Shown piece after piece: positions 19,056 to 27,447 of a stretch of DNA of 64,000 bases. The notes beneath the pieces are model-generated. The model was not told the DNA's origin, made no database searches, and saw only the letters and a program-made list of their open reading frames with translations. The stretch's first letter is position 1. Every line of letters begins with the position of its first letter. This stretch comes from Haliea sp. (GTDB lineage Bacteria > Pseudomonadota > Gammaproteobacteria > Pseudomonadales > Halieaceae), in NCBI GenBank assembly GCA_031414375.1, contig JANNVJ010000137.1, positions 22,780 to 86,779 of the forward strand, in the 5' to 3' direction. Position numbers and translations under genes: made by a program.

Positions 19056-20605
19056 TCCTTCGCGGGTCTGCGTGTTTTCTTAGTGTCTTTCATGGCTACT
19101 GGGAAGGCGAAAGTCAGCGCCAAACTATCCCCTTCATCGGGGCTAGGGACACCACGCTTGACCATCTGCTCTTTGCTCTCGAGAACGAATTGATTACGCA
19201 CAAGATTGTGCGTGTAAGTCGGCGTGATAAGGTCCGCATGAAGCGAGTCACTGTCCGGTATGTCCGTGCCGCCTTCGATTTCAAACCACTCTCCCATTGA
19301 GCCCCACATTTCGGAGCGCTTATTGATGTATCTCTCAGGCTCTAGCGGTCGTCCGCCGAAATTGACCGGTATCACCACATCGTCAAAGCCGGTGTCGGTC
19401 AGAATGTCCACCACGCCACCGCCAACACCACCCACATCAATAAACACTGCCTGGTACGGGTCGTTCTCGGCCTTCGCCTTGTTGATCCGTGCGGCCACGA
19501 CCGCCGCTACTTCGGTCACTTTCTTCTTCCGCAAGCTGAGCAGGTTGTAAGCGCGACGGCCTTTGCGGTCGATCATCGAGGTTCGGTCAATACCCATGCG
19601 CGCCGGATCCACGCCCATTACCCGGGCGCCAATGGAATCTGTGATAGTCGCGGTCCTGGCTGCGGCCACCAATGCCGGCGAGCAAACGGTATCGCCACCA
19701 CTGGAAATGAATGCCTCGATGGCGGTGCAGGGGTATTCCTGCTGAAACTGGTTGCAGATGATCCCCGGCATTCCGCCGAGCTCGATGTTCTTGACGTGCA
19801 TCCAGTAGGTTTGGGCTCGCGTCAGGTCATAGACGCGCATCCGTTCGGCTTCTTCGCCTTCGGGCATCCAGCCTTCCGGCGGCTCCTGGCTGTACTCGTC
19901 CTGCCAGAACCAGGGCACAAAGATCGCAATGAAATCGCCCAGGCCTTTGATCGCCTGGCACCACATCGAATAGAAATAGCCGGTAGGCCCGTTGGCCGTG
20001 GACTCCAGGATGACCTCGGAGCCATTCGATCGGCCTACTGTTTGCAGTGCGCCAGCCGCGTGCTTCTCGGCATTGGCCCAAAACGCGACCTCAGAGCCAT
20101 GGAAATAGTGGTTGGTAGCGCTGCGGCCGGTACCCTTACTGCCTGCGGTTCCTACTTTGTAGCCGGAATCCAGGTCCGGGAACGTCAGTTCCTTGGCATT
20201 GTTCTTTTTGGTGGTCGGTCGTATCCAGTCCGGCACATTCAGGTGGTACCGCTCGACCATGGCAAACAGGTTGTCGGTCGCTTCCTGCAAGTGCGTCAGA
20301 ATAAACGCCTTCATCCCGCGCAATAGCTGCACGCGCCAGTAGAACCGGGCTTCGGTGTAGGTGCTGATGCCCTGCTGCCGGCCTTTTAGAACCAGGGCCC
20401 GGATATGGCCTTGCTCGAAAAGCTGTTCTTCCAACTTCTCATGCACATACAGCTGCGCCCGGTTGAGCTTCAACGGCTCGAGGCCGCCGTCTTTCGTGGC
20501 GATCTTCAGGTGCGTGAGGGCGTAAAACGGGAAATCTGTGACCAGCGGGTGCAACAGGGCGACAGTCGCCTGCCTCTGGCGCTCCGTTAATCCTGATAGG
20601 TCCAT
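19043..20605 (-). CDS. terL: Terminase large subunit
   Basis: LKGRQQGIST (Walker A), FHGSEVAFW (Walker B), LESTANG, GVDPA and DEGDSLALTF nuclease motifs. Confidence 0.95.
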   Translation of the reverse strand: MDLSGLTERQRQATVALLHPLVTDFPFYALTHLKIATKDGGLEPLKLNRAQLYVHEKLEEQLFEQGHIRALVLKGRQQGISTYTEARFYWRVQLLRGMKAFILTHLQEATDNLFAMVERYHLNVPDWIRPTTKKNNAKELTFPDLDSGYKVGTAGSKGTGRSATNHYFHGSEVAFWANAEKHAAGALQTVGRSNGSEVILESTANGPTGYFYSMWCQAIKGLGDFIAIFVPWFWQDEYSQEPPEGWMPEGEEAERMRVYDLTRAQTYWMHVKNIELGGMPGIICNQFQQEYPCTAIEAFISSGGDTVCSPALVAAARTATITDSIGARVMGVDPARMGIDRTSMIDRKGRRAYNLLSLRKKKVTEVAAVVAARINKAKAENDPYQAVFIDVGGVGGGVVDILTDTGFDDVVIPVNFGGRPLEPERYINKRSEMWGSMGEWFEIEGGTDIPDSDSLHADLITPTYTHNLVRNQFVLESKEQMVKRGVPSPDEGDSLALTFAFPVAMKDTKKTRRPAKDWRA

Positions 20606-21138
20606 CAGTCGTTTTTGGCTTGGTTATAGACTAAAAGCAGTTGCTCGATAGTCAGATGGGGGCCGCCGCCACCGCCTTCCTTGGGCGGGGCAATGTCACC
20701 GTCCATTTCATTCATTGCGACGATGCACTCAATGGCCTCGCGTGGCCGGAATACGCTCTCTGTTATCCGGATCGTGCGTACTTTGGTGCCGTCAGCCTCT
20801 GTATGCTCGTCAATATCTTCCTTGTAAACGATCTTTCGGCAGTCATGGGCCAGATCCCACAGGAATTCACGCTTTTCCTCGGTACCGACGCGGAGCTTTT
20901 CCAGCAATACCTGGGGATCGTTGACGGCCAACTCGCCCCTTGTCTTGAGTTCTTTGCGCCTTGCCGCGATCATCTTCTTGATTTCGGGCTTCTTTGCCAG
21001 CTTTGAAGCGGTAACGGCGAGAACCTTTGTAGTCCCGGTGTACCCAGCCAGCTTCGCGGCCCTTGCTGGTTCCCCGGTCTGAATCAGTGCCTCTGCGAAT
21101 AGCTGGTACTTCTCCTGCGTTGCTGCCTTCGTCGGCAT
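20605..21138 (-). CDS. terS: Terminase small subunit
   Basis: N-terminal HTH (FAEALIQTGEPARAAKLAGY); TGATG-coupled to terL. Confidence 0.85.
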   Translation of the reverse strand: MPTKAATQEKYQLFAEALIQTGEPARAAKLAGYTGTTKVLAVTASKLAKKPEIKKMIAARRKELKTRGELAVNDPQVLLEKLRVGTEEKREFLWDLAHDCRKIVYKEDIDEHTEADGTKVRTIRITESVFRPREAIECIVAMNEMDGDIAPPKEGGGGGPHLTIEQLLLVYNQAKND

Positions 21139-21485
21139 TAGCGCACATCCAGTGTCATCGTGTGCCCTTCACCTTGATGCAACAGATACCCGGTCGGGTA
21201 GGCCGGGGTGTACACCACAAGGTCGCCGATATAAATCCCGGCAGGGATCGCCAGCGCGCCCAGGTCAAATTCCAGCTCACCGCTGCCAATCGACGCGATG
21301 GCGTCTGGTTCGTCGTCGGTGTCGATCACCATTGGCGTTCCGTTCACATCAATGGTCAGTACATAGCGTGTGGCATCACTGAAATCAAACAGCGATACCG
21401 CGCCGCCAGTCGTCTGCACACCAAAGATCAGGCGCGCAGTGTTACCGACCCCATTGATGACCAAAATGCGCTCAAGACACGACAT
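21138..21485 (-). CDS. Small Ig-like/BppU-like structural protein
   Basis: Beta-strand pattern ending GIYIGDLVVY; coupled to terS. Confidence 0.45.
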   Translation of the reverse strand: MSCLERILVINGVGNTARLIFGVQTTGGAVSLFDFSDATRYVLTIDVNGTPMVIDTDDEPDAIASIGSGELEFDLGALAIPAGIYIGDLVVYTPAYPTGYLLHQGEGHTMTLDVR

Positions 21486-21488
21486 GGA

Positions 21489-21689
21489 TTAGATTACTAG
21501 GTCGATGCCTTGCACCACGATAACGTGCGCTCCAGGCTGGCGATCATGGTCCTCGTTTGTATCGACACACTTGGCCACGCCGATCTTGATGAAGGTCGCG
21601 GCTTCCTCGTCAGAAAAGCTCTTGCGGTCGCCCGGCTCAAAGCGGTTCTCGCCGTGAAGGTAGGTTTCTTTGAATTCGACTTGTCGCAT
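21489..21689 (-). CDS. Hypothetical protein (66 aa)
   Basis: RBS and position within the operon. Confidence 0.55.
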   Translation of the reverse strand: MRQVEFKETYLHGENRFEPGDRKSFSDEEAATFIKIGVAKCVDTNEDHDRQPGAHVIVVQGIDLVI

Positions 21690-21730
21690 CGTTTTGTTCT
21701 CCTGTTATGGCTGGTTAGCCGGGCTGTGGA

Positions 21731-22090
21731 TTAGGCTGCTGCGTTGATTTCGTGAGCAATAGCGTTGGTATCCACCGTGCCGCCTGATACAAGCGCCTGG
21801 CTGGTGCAGGTCGTTACGACCAGCATCGTGGTTCCCAGTTTGCTAATCACCACATGGTTGGCCGTGCCGCTGGCGGTAATCGGGATCAGCGTTTGCGCTG
21901 CCAGTGTGTTCTTGCGACCACTGGTATCGCCCGCTGCTGCCGTGTAGACGCCCGAAATGGTAGCTGCGGCCAGCTCGACTGCAGCAATACCCGCAAAGTT
22001 GGCCGGTTCTGCACTGCAAATGTGGATTCTTGTACCTTCGGCCACATCAAGCATTGCGTCGATGATCGTGTCTGGAACTTTCTTGCCCAT
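21731..22090 (-). CDS. Small fibre-associated beta-protein (119 aa)
   Basis: HICSAEP...GRKNTLAAQ..I.ITASGTANHV pattern, similar in character to 9553-9975. Confidence 0.55.
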   Translation of the reverse strand: MGKKVPDTIIDAMLDVAEGTRIHICSAEPANFAGIAAVELAAATISGVYTAAAGDTSGRKNTLAAQTLIPITASGTANHVVISKLGTTMLVVTTCTSQALVSGGTVDTNAIAHEINAAA

Positions 22091-22105
22091 GATGTACTCC
22101 TTTGC

Positions 22106-23110
22106 TTACTGTTTTGACGCTATGTGAATGAAGTATGTTGTTCCCGCGATATGAACCACTCCTGTCCTGCTTGAGCGAATAAACACCCGCTCAATCTCTG
22201 CACCTGGGAACGATACAGTGCTGATCCTGTGACCTTGCCTTACGCTACCGGCCACTATGGGCAGGTTTGCTAACTGAGCTATCTGCAGCAGTTGGCCGTG
22301 AGTCAGTTTTGCTATGACCAGTTGCGGGAGCAGCGACAGGTTTACATTGCCGATCTGCTGGCCTTGGTTCAGGCCTTGTGCAATCAGCTTCTGCGCCTGT
22401 ATCAGCGCGGCATTAGTGATTGCCTGCGCTTGTTGAACGCCTTGGGCTGTGAGCTTTTGCGCCTGTAACAGCGCCACGTTGCTGATCTGCTGGCTCTGCG
22501 TCAGCTTCGCCAGCGTGAGTATCTGGTGCTGAGTCAACTGCACCGCGCCGATCTGCTGGCCCTGTCTGAGCGGTTGCATCGTCAGGATGCCCGCGACCGT
22601 CAGCGTTACAAGGCTCAAGGCCTGTGCCTGAGTGACTTTGCCGACCGCAAGTAACTGGTGCTGCAGCAGTGCGGCTACGCTGATCGTCTGGCCCTGGACC
22701 AGCCCGGCCACCGCGACTACCTGATGCTGCGAGAGCAACACGCTGGCAATGGTGTGCGCCTGATTGATCTTGGCCGCTGCAATCAGATGGTGCTGCAACA
22801 GCGTGACGGCGCTTACCGTCTGCGCCTGTCCGAGACTGTTCACGGCAATGATCTGGCGCTGCGTCAGCGATACAGGACTGATCGTTTCGGTCTGCGTCAG
22901 CTTACCGGCGACAATCACCTGATGCTGCGTGAGGGCCGTGTTCGATAACTGCATGGCCTGCGTCACCTTGGCCGCCACAACAGACTGGCGCGGTGACAGC
23001 GTGACATTCCCTATCGACTGCCCCTGCCTCGCCCCTGAGCCTACGATATTTTCTGAATAGTAATAGCTCGGCGCACCAAAGGGCGAGGAGCCGAGAAAGC
23101 CGCCGCTCAC
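22106..23110 (-). CDS. Fibre protein with ~13 tandem 22-aa repeats
   Basis: Repeat xxxLxQxQxIxxVxLxQxQxLx (e.g. AGKLTQTETISPVSLTQRQIIA); N-terminus MSGGFLGSSPFGAP. Confidence 0.7.
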   Translation of the reverse strand: MSGGFLGSSPFGAPSYYYSENIVGSGARQGQSIGNVTLSPRQSVVAAKVTQAMQLSNTALTQHQVIVAGKLTQTETISPVSLTQRQIIAVNSLGQAQTVSAVTLLQHHLIAAAKINQAHTIASVLLSQHQVVAVAGLVQGQTISVAALLQHQLLAVGKVTQAQALSLVTLTVAGILTMQPLRQGQQIGAVQLTQHQILTLAKLTQSQQISNVALLQAQKLTAQGVQQAQAITNAALIQAQKLIAQGLNQGQQIGNVNLSLLPQLVIAKLTHGQLLQIAQLANLPIVAGSVRQGHRISTVSFPGAEIERVFIRSSRTGVVHIAGTTYFIHIASKQ

Positions 23111-23113
23111 GGG

Positions 23114-25279
23114 TTATGGGCTCGTTGGGATGTCTATAATTTCTGCGAGGCACACCCAGTCGATGCTGGTGGCCGCCTTGCCCGTCACGGTTATCTTCCA
23201 CCCCTCGCCGATACCGAAAAAAGTAAGCGCTGCTAGAACGGGATCGGTCGCCAGCGCCTCCTCGTCAATCAGCACGGTTGCGGCTGGAGCCCAATCAGCG
23301 GAGGTTGTCGTGCCTGTGCGCCGGATAATACCGTGCAGCTCAAACACACCGACATTGCCGTTTGCAGGCACCTTATAACTCACGGTTGCCTTGACGTACT
23401 CCACCACACCGTCGAGCATGTGGTTTGTGTCCAGAATGATGACGCCTGTCGCGTTGGTCGTCCTTAGAGCGCCCCAGCGCGGCCCGGCTTTTCGGGTGCG
23501 TGACTGAGCGCCGTTGGCGTTCCCCATCAATATGTGGAAATCCTTACCCAGATCGGCGTCAGCAGTGAGGGCCACGCCGCCCGTGTAGACCGTTTCCGTG
23601 TTTATCAGTGCCTGCTTTCTACTTTGCAGGGCGTGCGGTGTCGAGGCGAGAAAGCTCTTTCCATCGTGCCATGCAGTATTTTGCGGTTGAAGATAAAAAA
23701 CCACTGCGGTCCTTGTCCCGACTGAAGTAACGACCGCGCAGGGATATGCCACGTTATCCGTGGTGATCGTAGGTGCACCAGTAATGCGAAAGTCGACGTA
23801 GACCGTAGGTGAGGTGATCGCGTTAGCTAAGCGAAGTAAATCACCGACTTCGAATTGCCCTAGTCCCTGTGCGAACCTGTCGACAGGGATACCATCCGTT
23901 TTGCGTATTGTGACAACGTTCTCGGCCACATTGAATCGCCACCTTCCGGCAGCGGAAGGTAATGATGCGCTGTTTGTCTCCCATGTCCAAATGGCCGTCG
24001 CGTCGTACCATGTATTTACTTTGGACAGCCGCATCGCGCCGCCGGTGTCGTTGTCCGCACGAGCGTTTGCTAGCAGCAAATCAGCATCTTGGTAGCCGAG
24101 CTTGTCCGCTTCCTCTCCTGTGTAGTGAATTTGGTCATCGAGCGTCTTTATGCCCAGCGTGGGTAATACCCGGCATCGTCCCCCAATCAAAGCCTGCGCC
24201 TGCGCGTGGCCGTCGAACTCGTTCGCCCCATTGACTTGATAGCTTTTTATTTCCCGCATCGGCGTTGGTATGTCGTGCAGAAGGTAAAGCGTTTTACTGT
24301 CGCAGATATTACCTCGCGCGGGGTCCTCGAGCATCACTATGTGCTCTGCTACCAAATCCCCATAGACATTGCTGGGTGACGTCCATAGAGGAGTTCCCTG
24401 TCCTGCCTCGCCGCCTGCCGCGTCGTTTTCCCCGTGCAGCATCATGTAAATGTGCAGCTTAGTGATACTGCTCTGTATAGGGTCAACCACATGCATCCGT
24501 GCTATTGCCGCGTTCACGGCGGCGATAAACACGGTGATAACTGAGGTCGAAACCGTGGGGTCGTAGAGCCAACCATTCGCAGGGTCTGCGAAGGACGTAG
24601 CCCCTCGGTGCACAGAAATAGACCTAACTTTCCTCCCCGTAAACTGAGCTAATCGCGTACAGAACGCATGTATCACGCTGCCGCAGGCTTTCCAGCCGCC
24701 TGCATTGACGCTACGCACGGTCCCGATGTACGGGAGCGCATCGTTGTAGTCGGTGTACTGTTCGGCCTTGACCACTTTTCGCCAGTCATTGCCTCCTGTT
24801 CCGGGCACGGCGCGACTCCAATCGTCCACAAGCGCGGTGTCTGCCGGGGCGCTGCCAACATAGACCAGGGTCTTGCCGCCGTTTGACTGCATGGTGCCGC
24901 CTACGAGAATATCTTCCCACGGCTTCAGGTCAATAAAGATGCTGGCCATGTTCCCCAGCTCCTCGCCCGACACCACGGCGGCGATGTGCTTCGGTGCGCT
25001 AGACCCCCAATTCACTTTGATGCCATATCCAGCACTGGACTTGCCGACACGGGTGCGGGCGATGGAGTCGGTAGAGGCGGTGTACATTCCCCACACTTCT
25101 TCGTATTTATTGGTTGCGTTGTCCGGTAAGCGCACAAAAACATGGTACTCAACTCCATCGACATACCCGGTCGCGGCGTTCGGGTCATCCGAGAATGTTG
25201 TCGCGCCCGTAATCACATAAGGATCAGTGGCATTCGCGCAGAGCGTGATGCCTACGACAAACGGAAATCGAGTATTCAT
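23114..25279 (-). CDS. Fibre/spike with an SGNH-type (SASA/CE6-like) esterase domain (721 aa)
   Basis: Motif order MQSN ... HRGAT ... LHGEND ... DDQIHY; N-terminal ~110 aa resembles phage fibre anchor domains. Confidence 0.65.
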   Translation of the reverse strand: MNTRFPFVVGITLCANATDPYVITGATTFSDDPNAATGYVDGVEYHVFVRLPDNATNKYEEVWGMYTASTDSIARTRVGKSSAGYGIKVNWGSSAPKHIAAVVSGEELGNMASIFIDLKPWEDILVGGTMQSNGGKTLVYVGSAPADTALVDDWSRAVPGTGGNDWRKVVKAEQYTDYNDALPYIGTVRSVNAGGWKACGSVIHAFCTRLAQFTGRKVRSISVHRGATSFADPANGWLYDPTVSTSVITVFIAAVNAAIARMHVVDPIQSSITKLHIYMMLHGENDAAGGEAGQGTPLWTSPSNVYGDLVAEHIVMLEDPARGNICDSKTLYLLHDIPTPMREIKSYQVNGANEFDGHAQAQALIGGRCRVLPTLGIKTLDDQIHYTGEEADKLGYQDADLLLANARADNDTGGAMRLSKVNTWYDATAIWTWETNSASLPSAAGRWRFNVAENVVTIRKTDGIPVDRFAQGLGQFEVGDLLRLANAITSPTVYVDFRITGAPTITTDNVAYPCAVVTSVGTRTAVVFYLQPQNTAWHDGKSFLASTPHALQSRKQALINTETVYTGGVALTADADLGKDFHILMGNANGAQSRTRKAGPRWGALRTTNATGVIILDTNHMLDGVVEYVKATVSYKVPANGNVGVFELHGIIRRTGTTTSADWAPAATVLIDEEALATDPVLAALTFFGIGEGWKITVTGKAATSIDWVCLAEIIDIPTSP

Positions 25280-25587
25280 TTAGGCAATTGCCGGAATATG
25301 AGTTGATCCAACTTAGGTTTAATCAGGTTTTCTTTTTCGAGTAGTTCTCTGATCACTGCCGGACAGTCAATTGCTGGTAAGTATCCTGCTGATCGCTCTA
25401 TGTGGTAAATGTGTTCGCAAAGGATTGCGCCGAACACCGGGCCGTTCGCTATGTGAGACTCCATGCGGTACAGGCTGCGGGATACCTGGTTACGCCTGTC
25501 ATACTCACTGAATGACAGGTAGACCAGCACGACAACAGTGAGCGCGGCCAAGCCCAGCGCAAGCGATCTTTCAGCCAGCCACCTCAC
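25276..25587 (-). CDS. Single-TM membrane protein in lysis cassette (holin/antiholin candidate)
   Basis: N-terminal TM LALGLAALTVVVLVYLSF followed by a soluble domain with two Cys. Confidence 0.5.
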   Translation of the reverse strand: MRWLAERSLALGLAALTVVVLVYLSFSEYDRRNQVSRSLYRMESHIANGPVFGAILCEHIYHIERSAGYLPAIDCPAVIRELLEKENLIKPKLDQLIFRQLPK

Positions 25588-25874
25588 TTATCCAGCTCCC
25601 TATCAATGATCTTATCGAGCTTTGTAAATAAAACCTTATGCTGCTCTGCCGACTCTGCACGGACTTCCTTTATGTCTGAACGCACGGCCAGATATTGCTG
25701 CTCGACCGTCTGCTTGATCGCCACAAGCTCTTTGCCTTGCTGAACGGCAATAGATTCAACAGCCTTCAAACGATCATGCCAGTTAAATACCATAAGGATT
25801 GCCTTCCACACTGCGCCGCCTGCTGCCAGGCACATCGCAAATATGAATTCCGGTTTAAGATTTTCCAGCGACAT
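25584..25874 (-). CDS. Single-TM coiled-coil protein, holin candidate
   Basis: TM FIFAMCLAAGGAVWKAILMVF, then a charged coiled coil; immediately after the endolysin. Confidence 0.5.
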   Translation of the reverse strand: MSLENLKPEFIFAMCLAAGGAVWKAILMVFNWHDRLKAVESIAVQQGKELVAIKQTVEQQYLAVRSDIKEVRAESAEQHKVLFTKLDKIIDRELDK

Positions 25875-25916
25875 GCGCCATCCTCACAGCAATGCGGCAC
25901 AGCGCCAGGTTTAGAT

Positions 25917-26516
25917 TCATTCGAGTAGTAAGCGCGGATACCATCGCTCGACGATGTTCTTTGTATATCCAATGGTTTCTTTGCTGTGATGGCCAGTGAC
26001 TTGGGGCAGGCAGGGTATGATTTCGTCGTATAGACGCGGCCCTCCGCACAGCTTTTGGGCTTTAATCAAATGCCCGGCGCCAGCGTTATAGCTCGCCAGC
26101 GCCAGCTTGTGCCGATCCAGCGGCGGCCTGGGTGCCTTCCAATTGTAGGTCAGCCTCCCCATGTAGTACCCGGCTGCTCGGATCGAGACTTCTGGCAGCC
26201 AGAATTGTTCCGGGTCTGCTTTCAATACCCGGCCAACGTCCTGCGCCGTGCCCGGCATGAACTGACATAAGCCATAGGCTCCCACCGGGGATTTCGCCAG
26301 AGGGATTAGCCGGGACTCTTGGTAGCATTGCGCCTTCAATAGTCGCCAATCGGTTCCGAGTGGTAAGAATGTCTCGGTAGCCGCCCTGAAGTCGCCGTCC
26401 CATTGGTCAGGAAATAACGAGGCCGACCAGGATGCACACGCCCAAAAAACGATAAGCAAAGTAGTGCATCTTTTCAGCAGGCTGCGCCGTTTTGAGTGTT
26501 TCTGCAAAGGAGTCAT
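25917..26516 (-). CDS. Endolysin, SLT-type lytic transglycosylase with N-terminal signal; exact start uncertain
   Basis: AQCYQESR, GAYGLCQFMPGT, LALASYNAGAG, ETIGY motifs. Confidence 0.9.
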   Translation of the reverse strand: MTPLQKHSKRRSLLKRCTTLLIVFWACASWSASLFPDQWDGDFRAATETFLPLGTDWRLLKAQCYQESRLIPLAKSPVGAYGLCQFMPGTAQDVGRVLKADPEQFWLPEVSIRAAGYYMGRLTYNWKAPRPPLDRHKLALASYNAGAGHLIKAQKLCGGPRLYDEIIPCLPQVTGHHSKETIGYTKNIVERWYPRLLLE

Positions 26517-26622
26517 CCTCGATGTGGTTATCGAAAAACTTCAGCGTGAACCACGCCATAACGATCCCGGCCAGGGCCAGTCCTAATTTGAACAATGCTT
26601 GTGAAACGGCAGCGGTAATCAC
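26407..26622 (-). CDS. Two-TM holin-like protein
   Basis: Two hydrophobic segments in 71 aa; lies in the lysis cassette. Confidence 0.55.
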   Translation of the reverse strand: MITAAVSQALFKLGLALAGIVMAWFTLKFFDNHIEDDSFAETLKTAQPAEKMHYFAYRFLGVCILVGLVIS

Positions 26623-26933
26623 AATGGTTCTCCCTCTGTTGATGTGCAGGCGTCAATAATGTCTCTGAGAATCTTTTCAGTGGCCGCGCGCTGGTAATGG
26701 TCGGCCAGTAGTGCGCCCACAATATCGCCATCTGAGTCATTGTGGCCCAACTGGTCTACCGGGTAGATCATTGGCGCGGGGGTGTCACCTGGCTGAACAC
26801 AGTTCACCGGCACCGGTATCTTTACCTCGACCGGGCGATCCACATACACGGTATGCTCGCAACCCGATAAGGCAGCGACAGCCATCACGAACAGGATCAC
26901 GCACAGCAGAATTAGCATAGCTTGTTTGCTCAA
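26619..26933 (-). CDS. Outer-membrane spanin (Rz1-like lipoprotein)
   Basis: Signal peptide with lipobox LSGC, Pro-rich VEVKIPVPVNC. Confidence 0.8.
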   Translation of the reverse strand: MSKQAMLILLCVILFVMAVAALSGCEHTVYVDRPVEVKIPVPVNCVQPGDTPAPMIYPVDQLGHNDSDGDIVGALLADHYQRAATEKILRDIIDACTSTEGEPL

Positions 26934-27298
26934 AGCCCCAGCTCCTGTCTAACTCGGTTCACTGCCGCCACACACTCTTGAGGCCAGTCCTTTCGCAGCC
27001 GGGCATAGTCGCCCTTGGCCTTGTTCAGTGCAGCCAAAGCGGTGTCCCTGGCGATGATTGCAGCCTTGCGCTTTTCATCGGCCACTCGCTGCATCGTCGA
27101 AAAAGCGGTGTTTTGGGCAGAAATCTCTGCCAGCAAGGCCACATTATTGGCCTCTTTTTGACTTACTTCGGTACTCAGGGCCGCCAACTTCGTTTCCGTG
27201 CGCGCAGCATCGACCTTGTATCCTTGTATTTGAAGCTGCTGCCAGCCAACTAGGGCCACCAACGCCACAATTAGCGCTCCCATTAGCCTGGTGATCAC
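26930..27298 (-). CDS. Inner-membrane spanin (Rz-like)
   Basis: N-terminal TM, long coiled coil, C-terminal Cys; 4-bp overlap with the lipoprotein gene. Confidence 0.75.
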   Translation of the reverse strand: MITRLMGALIVALVALVGWQQLQIQGYKVDAARTETKLAALSTEVSQKEANNVALLAEISAQNTAFSTMQRVADEKRKAAIIARDTALAALNKAKGDYARLRKDWPQECVAAVNRVRQELGL

Positions 27299-27361
27299 AT
27301 TGGTACCTCTGGTTAATAATGATTACCCGCACTTACCCGTGTTTTTACGAATTTCAGGCAC

Positions 27362-27384
27362 AAAAAAACCGCCTCGGGGGCGGT
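27362..27384 (-). terminator. tR'-like terminator between Q and the lysis genes
   Basis: Minus strand: ACCGCC-CCCGA-GGCGG-TTTTTTT. Confidence 0.75.
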
Positions 27385-27417
27385 CTGTGTCTGCTGTTGG
27401 GGGGAAAGCGGCCAATC

Positions 27418-27447
27418 TATATATAAGAGGCCCTTATGCTGTATGAA
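27418..27447 (-). promoter_or_regulatory. Candidate late promoter pR'
   Basis: TTCATA-N16/18-TATATA immediately after the Q stop and upstream of the terminator. Confidence 0.4.

Noticed and set aside
26440-26452. TTTTTTG slippery heptamer in the holin-like gene as a holin-endolysin fusion signal
   Set aside because: The endolysin is in the +1 frame relative to the holin-like gene, so a -1 slip does not reach it.
27299-27447. Toxin or tRNA cargo between Q and lysis genes, as in Stx phages
   Set aside because: Only ~150 bp, holding a promoter-like sequence and a terminator.
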